Assembly (NCBI GenBank): GCA_034780895.1
Contig: JAUZTB010000001.1
Coordinates: 105,695,163-105,759,162, forward strand
Direction: 5' to 3'
Source: Rhynchobatus australiae
Lineage: Eukaryota
DNA length: 64,000 bases
The translations under genes were made by a program, and so were the position numbers. This document shows positions 38,501 to 50,500 of the stretch, piece by piece. The stretch's first letter is position 1, and each line of letters opens with the position of its first letter. Below the pieces are notes generated by a model that saw only the letters and a program-made list of their open reading frames with translations, was not told where the DNA came from and did not search any database.

Positions 38501-41500
38501 AGGTGTCCCGAACCAAAAGATGTAATCAAACAAGATCTTGACGAGGGTAGAAAACAAATTCNNNNNNNNNNNNNNNNNNNNNNNNNNNNNNNNNNNNNNN
38601 NNNNNNNNNNNNNNNNNNNNNNNNNNNNNNNNNNNNNNNNNNNNNNNNNNNNNNNNNNTCAGGCATTTCTGCATACAGATCACAAAATCTCTATTCCTAC
38701 CAAGTCCTTGTTTTCAAAAGATTTAAAAACACTGAAGAAATTTCCCTGCATGGAACTCCATCTGCCATAATTTCACATCCCCTTTGGTTCAGCTTCACTT
38801 CTGCCTGTGAAAAACTCGGGGGGAGGGGATTGTTCCGTTAAATAAAAGAGCCCTGTCATGCTGAGATTTCCTCCTCCCTGCGGCCCCCCCCNNNNNNNNN
38901 NCTCCGTATCTCTCCATTGCTTCAGTCTGTCCGTTCCTCCCTCCTCCCCCCCCCCCAAGTTATTTTAAATAACAAAAGCAACAATGTGGCAACACTCCAT
39001 ATATTTGCACATTTGGCACTGGTGAGGAACTAAATAATTGGAATAATGTTTCAAGTACTGCCAATCATAACAGGACAGACACTTCATGCAATACAAGTAC
39101 CATTAAGCAGAACTGAAAAAGTATGTCCAGAATTTTCTTTTTAGAAACTAAGAAAGCAAATGCTATAGCAAGGACATAATGCTAGTAAACTTCACCACAT
39201 GACATACCTTAGCAACATAGATCAATTTTTCAATTTTTTGCTTCTGTCGTTCTTCTGATATTTCTGACACACATTAAAAAAAACATTTTAGACAAGTTTC
39301 CTCAGACTCTAAAATTTAAGATATACAAGAGAAAAGGAGATCAACACCAACTTTCTTGAAAATAATGAGCAGTCACAATATATAAAGCATGGGTGGAAGA
39401 AATTAGTAAAGACTAACTTCACAAGAATTACTTTTTCCACGTCCTTCTAATTATAACTCGGGACAATATTAAAAAAAATTTTAAAAAAAAGTTTTTTTCT
39501 CATCTTAAGGAAAGAAGTTCCCCTCAGCATCTCTAGCATCCATTTCCAGATGTCCCAAAGTACTTTACAGTCAAATAAATACTTCTGAAGGACATTACTG
39601 TGGTAATGAAATCTACACAGCACCCAAGCAGGAAGAAATCTGAGAGCATCATGAAATTATTAGAGGAACCCCTTGTTTTCTGTAAATGTTTTTTATATTA
39701 TAAACCAATAATTTTCCCTGGTGTAATAACATTACTATGCAAGTATTAATCAATGATTTGAGGAATTACCCTTAATATAAATGGGCTAATGTTTAGTATT
39801 TGAAAACAATGAACTCTAAAGTTATCAATGTCATGGCCCAAAGCAACATCTGCCAAGTTAAATTNNNNNNNNNNTAATTTGCATCCTTAAAGGGAATACT
39901 AGATTGGTACTTTCTTGTATGGTTCTGCTAGTGCCTGTGGTTGAAGAACCCACTGTGGAATTTCTCCCCTCCTTCAGCCTGCTCCATTATAACTGTATTG
40001 GACATGATGTCTCGGCATCCAAATCTGAATGACGTCAGCTCAAATTAGTTTTCAGAGCTCATCTTGATTTCTGTTTACATACATTTATTTTTTACCATTA
40101 CACACTTTACCGACTTCATCTCAATCAAATCTAATGATCTTGGCACTTTAACCACATTATTTTTAGGGTCTTACTATTGAGACCATTATGCTGCTCATCT
40201 TCTATTTTAACTGTTCAGTGTTCTGTATTTCTATATTGTATCTCTCAGTATGTATAAATACAAATATCATTATATGTGTTCCTTTAAAATTATTTATTCC
40301 TCCATTGAACCAAACAAATACTATTGACTGCATCATGAGGACTGGATTCACAAGTGTTTTCAACATTTTATAATTCAAAATTTGAAGACTCCAGTTTGAT
40401 GGGTGTTTTAGTACAATGGATTTCCCCCCCACATATTAAGATATACAATTAAGTAAATACAGACATTTTAAAAGCACTAGTTTACCTACTTGACACTTAT
40501 CAGCATGTTGTCTCATCCAACTAAGCGGAAGGTAGAGAAACTAATTAAGTGGTAAGCATAACTCTAAAAATTGTGCAATGCATGACAATTCAGTTATTTT
40601 GAATATTTTAAAATGTCCATTTTCTCAATAAAGAGAACACTATTACGTGACACATGAAATGCTTGCACTGAGGTGACCATGTGGATAGACTTAGCACAGT
40701 ATCTATGTTATCAAACGGACCAGAAAGTGCCTCAGAATTCTAAAAACTGAAACACAGGGCCGAAAGGTTGGAGCTGATGATCTAGACTGACACTCCTTTA
40801 CAAGATACATGATAAATTGGAGCTCCATTAATGGATCAAGCAAGCAGGCATTAAAGACTGGAAAGTATTTTTCACGGTGTGACCAATGTTTCTCTGATAA
40901 CTGATAAAAAAAAATCGGAGGATTCCATGTAATACTTAAAGCTGGGCATCACTGCCATGTACTAATTGAATGCTATTTGCAGCAAATATTATGGATTGAA
41001 TATTTAGTAATTTTTAGTTTTATAATATATTATATTATATATAAATTTATATATTGTATATTATAAAAGTTTAGTAATAATAAATGTCTAGTAATTTCAG
41101 TAAGTCNNNNNNNNNNNNNNNNNNNNNNNNNNNNNNNNNNNNNNNNNNNNNNNNNNNNNNNNNNNNNNNNNNNNNNNNNNNNNNNNNNNNNNNNNNNNNN
41201 NNNNNNCTCCAGCATTTGTGCTTCTTTTACCTGCTTTAATGGGTTGTTGGACATACTCTACAAACCTGATTCTATCTGATCAATAAGAAGTTTTGATTTT
41301 TCACAGCCATTTGCTGCGATGCGTAGATCGAGAACTATGTCAAAGATCTGATGCACCTGCCATACAATATTTACAATCCCAAACATTCACCAAATCCAAC
41401 ATCTGTTGGCAAATCGATTTAGCTATTCAGGTAGGATCTGAGTAAAAGTAGTTCAAAAGCAAATTTTTTTTAAAATCATAAGGCACTGATTCACTGCCTT

Positions 41501-44500
41501 AATGCTTCTCATTTTCAGTTCTAATGCATATTTTATCCAAGTTATTACCTTCTGCGGGATTATCCTCTTCAGCTAGATTCCACAGTTTCATCTTTAGAAG
41601 GCAATCTGTCAGAGACTGAGAGAAAGGGGTTTTTAAAATGAACATTTGAGAGCATGGATACATTTGCAGTATTATTTGATTTCACTGGAACAAATCTCAC
41701 CTTCACTTCATTCTCTTTACATGCAAGAACCTCCCTTATATCCTTCTGTGATTTTGTACCTAATTTAATATGTTCAGTAAGCTCATTGTAACGCTCGTTC
41801 CACCCTTCAGATTCTTGCAACAGCTACAGACAGAAAAGTCACAATTAGACTAATGGATTGAACAAGTATTTTCTTTAAAAGAAAAGCATACTGGAACACT
41901 AAGATTGCTTTCAAAACATCTTGTATCATTAAAATTATTAAAACAATTCTAAAAGAGTAAAATGTCTTAAAAAAATACATCACAAGTTTTAGACAGACAG
42001 CTTGATTCACTAATCGAGCACACTTCCTCAATAAATTCCATCATGTGAGAAGCCCTGCAACAACATGGGTAAACATTGACCATTCAAAATTGTGCCACAT
42101 AAGTGGAGGTTTAGGTGTCAAAATATTGCTGTTAACAAAAGNNNNNNNNNNNNNNNNNNNNNNNNNNNNNNNNNNNNNNNNNNNNNNNNNNNNNNNNNNN
42201 NNNNNNNNNNNNNNNNNNNNNNNNNNNNNNNNNNNNNNNNNATGTGTTGCAAAAACAAAAGCTGTGAAGCAAATAAAGTGATTTTCTTAATTCAAAGACA
42301 GGATGCAGTGGATTGCAAAATCACAGGTTAGTGCCTGTGATCTACACAAGATATAGGACTTGTGGCTTGAAGGCTGGACATCCCAGAGAGGGAGGAAAAA
42401 GGTATCAAACACACTCTCAATGCCTTTAAGTCATTAACTGTTGTACAATTAGGTCAGGGTAAAGGCTGAATTGGTTGCTATTCTGCAGGTAGTGCAATGT
42501 ATAGGTCAAGATGGCTCAAAGAATATGGAAAATACTACAACGGGAAAACAGTGACAAAAGATTTCAATCAAGTCAAAATAAAGTAAATTTTAATTATCTT
42601 TAAACTCATCTCCATTTCATAGTCATTACACTATCACTTGCAATTGCTCAATGCTACTCTGCACATATATCAGCAAGCAGCAATCAGAGGAAAAGAATTC
42701 AAATGGAAAGTAACTTTTGTTTAGTGCAGGAGTTGATATGAAAGGTTTGGTGAAAAATATATCAGTCATACTTGGTCTCTGCTTTGTTTGAGATGATAAT
42801 TCTCTTCTTTTGCAGCTTGAAAAGATTCCTGGTGTTTTGCATGATTAGTCTGAATTTCTTTTAACTCCTTTTTAGCCTTAAAATACAAAGAGGAATATAA
42901 GTATTTCTTCTGCCACTCTGTAGAAGTGTTTTATCACTTCTTGTATCCTCACCTCTTCGACTTGGATCTTGAGATTTTGAGCTTCATTTTCCAGCACACT
43001 TAAATTTGCTTGAATTTCTGTTATCTGGATGGAGGAAAAATACAACCAAGTCTGCACAGAGTCTATATTATTATTGTATTAAACATAATTGATCATTTTA
43101 GAATCTATAAGATTAACAAATAGTTGGTTAAAATACCAGTCGAATTATTACATACCAGATCACTTTGTTGAGATCTTGTTTGTTTTTCTCCCTCTAAATC
43201 CTGTGTGAACTGATCAATTGTTTGTCTAAGAGTGTCATTTGATTTATCCAATTTGGCATAAGTTTCCTTAAAAAAAAAATTTATTACGAAATTAATTTCT
43301 AATACATCACCATTAAATACAAGCACATCAAAAAATATTTAATCCTAAAGACAAGTCTTTTGTCTCTATGTGAAAACAAAAATAAAGGTATTTCAATTGA
43401 AACTAGATCAAAATTATATATTTTTTTAAATCATAAACTCTTCATAATAAGCTCACTTTACACCCTTTCCTCTGAATATGGATAAGAGATCAATTTAAGA
43501 AATAAAGAAGGGAACTCAGTTGATCAACAGTTAAATAATGTAATGCAAGTCATAAAGGAAACCTTAGGTTTAAAATTCTAAAGATGTTCCAAATTGTAGA
43601 CGATATCATGGTGAATGGGAGATCACAAACTGTCTTGTGTAAATTCTTCCATGATGCGGAATGAAGACAGCAGTTAAATCAGTGATGAGAAAACTCTATT
43701 AACTTGGGTCGGTGGTTCTAGAAGGCTTTGAACTTAAATCAAAGTGCTCACACTACAGTACCTACCACAAATGGGTTAGACGGACCATACTTGAATTGGT
43801 TATCAATATACAGTGATAATTACATGTTTAAAATAATCACTCATCCATTTTGCAACTTATAGTACTAATTTTCTTCAAATATAATTGATTTGCCTTTACT
43901 ATTTGAAAACAAAAAAAATACAGAAACTGGAAATCATAAATCAAAACAGAAAATGCTGGAATGAATCAGTCTTCAATCTGTATCACTTTCCAGATGCTNN
44001 NNNNNNNNNNNNNNNNNNNNNNNNNNNNNNNNNNNNNNNNNNNNNNNNNNNNNNNNNNNNNNNNNNNNNNNNNNNNNNNNNNNNNNNNNNNNNNNNNNTG
44101 TATCACTTTCCAGATGCTGCCTGACCTGGTGAGTTTTACCAGCATTTTGTTTTTATCCTCATACTATTCATCTGGCCTAAACCCAAGGTATCAGTATAAA
44201 ATTCATAAAAAGTTCTGTGCCTTGTTTGTCTTAACCATGTTAGTTTTCTTCTTCCCTGACAGATAAACCCATCTTGATCAATCTACCAATACTACTCTAG
44301 TCCTTTTTGAAACTTGAACCCCAGTCTCACCCACTCCAATTCTCGACGGCCCAAGCAACACAATGAGCTTTAAAATATATATGTGCACTGCAGCTCTGTC
44401 AGAAACCTCTTCTAATCTGAAGACTTGCCAGTTTTATAATCACATTCATCCTATATTCACAGAAAATGTAATCAGGAAAGATCATAAAAATGATCCCTTT

Positions 44501-47500
44501 TAAAAAAAAATCCACTTCCATAAGTATTTGGGTTATAGCCCAAAACACTCCACTCCAATTTGTCATCCTTCAAGCACATCCTTCAAACAATCTTAGAATA
44601 TATTTCCAGAAGCACATTTAACAGTATTTTTACCTGAAGATGCAAAGTCTTTGTTTCTGTTGATTGTTTTAAACCAGCAGCATCCTTGACAGAGGCTTCA
44701 AATTCATTGTACTAAAACCAGAAGGGCAACTATTGTAAATTAGGGATAACTAAATTATTCGGATAAATTTTAAGTTTGATTTCCTTTTTTTACAGTTATG
44801 ATAATAAATTAAGATCAAATGGTGATAATCTAATTGAGTTGAAGTTGCAGCAACACTTCAGTTACATCTAACATTAGAAGGACACATCTCAATGTATTTT
44901 ATTTTCCATTAGCACAGTTCTGTAATACTGCTTCTAAATAAAGATAACATTTTAAAATCTAGTTATACCATAATGGGACCTATCCTGCATTTTCAGTGTT
45001 GATCCAATTCTGCTATTGCTCTGAATGCACATTCAGTAAAGCACTATGATACTTCTTGTGTTACATTGTGCATGCAGTCTGCAATAAGAAGTAATAGATC
45101 AACCATACTGAGACAATCCATTGCTCAAAATCTGAATTAGGCTTGCACTCAAATTTTCTGGTTAGAAGATACTTCTAAGCACTGCAGAATCAACCACAGT
45201 ACAAAATCGCTTGGATTATTTAAAATCCAATATCAATAGAACAGATCCAATTATCAATAGAACAGATTAACAGGTTGTGCTACAGCTCACAAGTGCTCAA
45301 TGTTAAGAAGCTGTCACTGAAAACATCTATCCAGAGCACCATTTACTCCTGTCACAGGTATTGCACAGAATTTAAATGACCTACATAGTTATTTTAATAT
45401 ATTCCTTGCAGAGTTACGGGGAGTGATTGGATATGCTCGGCGTGTTTTTCCTGGAGTGAAGGAGACTGAGGGGAGACCCGATAGATGTATGCAAGATTAT
45501 GAGAGGCATAGATAGAGTAGACAGTCAAAATCTTTTTCCCCGTGGTAGGGCTATCAAAAACAATAGGGCATAGTTTTAAGGTGAGAGGTAGGAGTTTTAA
45601 AGGAAACCCCAAGGTACAGTTTTGTTTTTATTTTTATAGAGAGAATAGCTGATATCTGGAACATGCTGCCAGAGGAGTTGGTGCAGTCAGATACAATTAC
45701 TACATTCATGGGGCATTTAGACAGACACTTAAATAGGCAAGGTGTAGATGGATACAATCTCAAAGTGGGCAAATGGGATTAGTGTGGATGGGCAAAAAAG
45801 TGGGTGTGGACACTGTGGGCAAAAGGGCCCGTGTGTGTGCTGTACAACTCTCTAGTCCTACCTCTGGAGTTGGTGTTTTCAATATCAAATTTTCTTTCAA
45901 AAAAAAAATTGAGAGTTAAAATAGCTTTCCTGACTGCTTGCTTGATTAGTTCTTGACTGATTTAATATTAATTATCTGCTGTGTGCAAATAACTATGTGA
46001 ATGAATTTGTTTGACTCTGTCACTGTTTGGTGTGATTGTAATAATTCAATTTCCAAAGAGGCACAGTGAAAAAGAAGTATTTTACAAGTAACATGGGATT
46101 TCCCTACTTAAGTTTCAAATGGAAATAGAATATGCACCTTGTACTGAGAATAAGTATAAGTAACAAACTCAAATAAAAAGTGCTACCTGTGTTAATTTAA
46201 TTTCTAATCGTGTCATCAAAAGTACACTGAAGCTGTTGTACAATAAGAGTGACAATTCAACAATTGTAACAAATAACAAAAAGAAAACACAAAATAGGAT
46301 CAAAAGTTGCACATACCTTTTGTTTNNNNNNNNNNAGAAACTGTTTCTGCAAGTTGTTTCTCTCTCCCTAAAGAAATGAAAATTTGGCAAATTTAAAATC
46401 TGGACTGATCAGATTACGGTGTAAATTAACTGAAAAGAACATTACTCTGCAGCTTACCCATGTATCTTCTGCTTTTCACCTATTAAGAGTAAGCAAAACA
46501 GTGGCAGTTAATGTATCACATGAATGTCCTTTTTAAGAAAAAATCTAGTGCATCAAAGACTGCCTGCAGGGCTTTTGATGCTCAATGTTATATTTAGCAA
46601 TCCAACATGCAAATACACTTACTGCCTGGCAAGTCCTGTAGATGAAAAGCAATGTGGTGAAAATCCCCAACAGAATTGAAATCAGGAACAACTCAGTGCA
46701 AGGACCATGGAGGTTTGCTGAAGCTCCCAGATCTTCAGATAATGTATCCATCATTGTTCGATAGGACTGCAAGTAAAATATTGGCATTCTCATCAAAGTA
46801 GGGTCAACACCACATGCACTAACATATCTAGTAATATTCAGTGTGTGAGGAAGAGTAACAGAGAAGATAATGCTAGCAATAGGAGTAGCAGCTCTAGGAG
46901 CTATACCAAGCACATCGAAAGTATTAACAATGGATACCAGGGTCAAGGCCAATATTATCAACCAGCCAATTCCTAAAACACTGGTGGGTGGAGCATGGCA
47001 GTCCTACCGCAAACATTTATATCTCAAAAATACTATCAAGAGGGCCAGTGGGCATGATATTCCAGGAGCATTAAAATATGACCAGCACTAATGGATATGC
47101 TGTTAACAACAATATCAAAGAGCGTGGAGTCAAATCAAATGTGCCAGAGGAGGTAATGTTACTATCCCTGCTGGTACCAGGGGATTTGATATTGCCAGTA
47201 GAACTTAGGGTGTAGTGTGCTATCAAGAGGTTAAAAGTGGAAAGTAGGGTTCCATGAGTTTTGATAGGATAACCAATATTTACATAAATAACTTGGACTT
47301 TGCAATTGAAAATATAATTTAACATGCGGACACATCACATCATGGTGCATGGGTGGCACAGAAGAGCAATATGATAAGAACTTGTAAAATGACCATGTAA
47401 CCGGCAAATAAATTTTCATACAGATATAAGAACTGATACATTTAGTAGGAAAAGTAAGACCATGCTAAGATACAGGAGCAGAATTAGGCTATTTGGCCCT

Positions 47501-50500
47501 TTGAGTCTGCTCCGCCATTCGATCATGGCTGATTGATGATTCCGTCTCAACCCAGCCTCTCAATAAGGAAGCCATGTACTTATTGGAAAATAAATTTTGC
47601 TGATGGGGTACATTGGTACTTGGGACTCCAGATGAACAATGCAGTAAAAGAGCCACAAAAATGCAGCAAAGCAGAAACAGAGGCAAAGAATTGAAAAGCA
47701 AACGCAGAACCTTGGTTGGATTACATTGGAATATTAGGCACACTTCTTTGGATAATAGAGACATTGGAGAATTTGTAGGAAGACTTACTAGAACTGAGAG
47801 ACAGAATAGAGTGGACTTTTTTTCCTCCCTAAAACAAATTCTAAGGTCATTGAACACTTGCACTGCAGCCCAGAATTAGGTGAAACTTGCTAATGAATCC
47901 AATAAATAATTTTGGAACATCTCCCCTCCTTATATTGGTGGAAACTGCCACCACAAGACACAGCCGGGCCAACAAGAATAAGTGCACGTAAGGGGAAACA
48001 GGATAAGGGAGAAAAATATGTTGTCAGTCTGGTGTCATATTGATGAGCTTTGGAACACATATTAGATCATCTGTTTCCACCTGACTCAGCACCTGTCAGA
48101 TTTCCTCTGCTGCTGAACCTTCAAGCACGCCCTTGTCACTTCTAAGCTTGATTATACCAACCAAACCTGCTGTCACTCATCTACTTGACTCCAGGTTAAA
48201 CAATGTCTTCACTGAAAAGTTCTTTCCTTGTTTTTTTAAATCCCATCTGGTCTCACATTTCCCTATTCTCCTCCCGCCCTAAACCTCTAATTCTAGTCAC
48301 TCAAGCATTCAGCCAGTCCTGCCTTTCCTTGCCCACCACCACCTCCTCCATACCTTAGAATCTACATTTATAAGCTTTTGTATCTGACTTTGTGGTATCA
48401 AGTGTTGTTTGCTAACACTCCAGGAAAGCAGCTCAGGACGAGTTACAATGCTAAAAGTGCAACATTGTTAAATAGAAGCAGATGTTGATAGGGTTAAAAA
48501 CAAAGGTGGAAAAGAAAGGAGGCTCCCAATAGGTATAACCTCTCAGAACTGGTGTCATGCCAGAACCTTCCCTAGAAGCATTGTATCCTCTTGCAATTTG
48601 GAGACCAGTCAATGCAGTACCCCATAAGCATCATCATGAATCTTTTAGACTAGATTACCCATTTCCCTGCCGCGTATAACATAATACAACATTGCCATGG
48701 TAGTGGGGATGTAGTGATACCATTATCAGAACTAGAAGAAATGACACAGCTAACAGAGGCAGAAGAGATGTCAACAAAATACCTAAGAGGGGNNNNNNNN
48801 NNNNNNNNNNNNNNNNNNNNNNNNNNNNNNNNNNNNNNNNNNNNNNNNNNNNNNNNNNNNNNNNNNNNNNNNNNNNNNNNNNNNNNNNNNNNNNNNNNNN
48901 NNNNNNNNNNNNNNNNNNNNNNNNNNNNNNNNNNNNNNNNNNNNNNNNNNNNNNNNNNNNNNNNNNNNNNNNNNNNNNNNNNNNNNNNNNNNNNNNNNNN
49001 NNNNNNNNNNNNNGTTCGGTGCCAACTACTTGCCGGCCGGGCGAACGACGTCGTTAACAAGTCCTGGGCCATCGCCCACCGTTCATTCCTCAGCAGCCAC
49101 GGGCAATCAGCACCCCGGAGCAGACCGCAGACGGCCCGCCCGCCGCCCCTCTCCCCGACTCCCGGCGCTCAGTCGGGACGTGGAGCCGCCAGTCGCGTTG
49201 GGCCCGCCGCCATCTTTAAAGCGCAGGCTGTGTTTCCGAGTCGAAGGGCACGGTCCGCAGTCGCCGCCTTCCGGTCACAGCGGCTGGCCGGGGGGATCTG
49301 GGGGGGACGGGCGGGGGGACCCGGGGGACCCGGGGGACCCGGGCAGCGGGGCGGTGCCAGAGTCCCGGGGGCAGCAGCGGCAGCAGCGGGGCGGGTGGGA
49401 GTGGGGCAATGCCATGGGTTGTGCCGGGGCCAGTGGGGCAGCCGCCCGGGTTGCCAGCTCCACAGCCTGGGTGTCGGGGACGATCGGGTGTTGGGGAGTG
49501 TGCCGGCCGTTGCAGGGTCTGGGTGTTGGTGTCAGGGCCATTGGGGGACAGGGATCGGGCGGAGGGAAGCCACCACTTGCTGTGGTGAGATACTGTGTTT
49601 ACGTTATTTCGTTACTTTTAACCTAATATCAACAAAGTGAAACAAAAAATAGAGCTCACAATAAGACTGTCTCTTTCACAACCTCGGGATGTACCAAACT
49701 CTCCTGCAGCCACTGAAAAACAGATGCATTCAAAGCTGGAGAGAAACTGGACAGCCAAAGATCAGGCACAGGCAGAGCACACAAACAGTAATGGCGTGAA
49801 TGTATCTAATGCCTGCCCAGATTATATTCTCAAATGTCTGGAGTGAGACCTGCAAGATTTAGGCTAAATCAAATGTGCTGCTATGTTTATCTGACAGTAA
49901 GCAACATATCTCATTTATGGAAGTACATACTAAAGTTCGTCACTGAGCCATCTTTTACTTTTAAAGGAAACACTTGCATCTTTTTAGCTCATTGCACAAT
50001 ATTGGGATGTGTCAAAACTAGTAAAGAACCATTTAAAAAAAATGTTTTTAGCGTTTTAACAGAGGAAACGTTGCAGCCAAATTGCACACAGTAAGTTCCT
50101 CAAAACAGTAATGTGCTTTCTTTTTTCCCAGATGTTGACTGAGGGAAATATTTGCCAGGATATCTGGGGTTAACTTTTTTGAAATAGTGCCCAGTCTTCT
50201 ATTATGACCAGATGAGATGACACGTGGCCGCAGCTTAAATCACACAGTGCGGTGGTTCCTGAGTCCTGGAATGGACTGTTATTCAAGTATTGTGAGTGTG
50301 TCTGGAGTACAATCATCAAAATAGATGCTTAGCCAAAGAAGGATACATCAAAAGAGACGAGGTTTCTCCAGCGTTACTACCCTTTGAGAAATTTATAAGA
50401 TTTTGAGAGGCATGGATAGTGTAGGCAGCCGGTATCTTTTTCCCTCCAAGGTCGAAATGTCTAATACCAGAGGGCATGCATTTAAGGTGAGAGGGGCCAA

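Noticed and set aside
40030-40037. Isolated TGACGTCA in a MIA2 intron
   Set aside because: A single 8-mer in 64 kb is expected by chance and has no supporting context.
46317-46367. Apparent frameshift in the GREKQLAE exon
   Set aside because: The 10-N gap is a placeholder of unknown size, so the frame cannot be judged.
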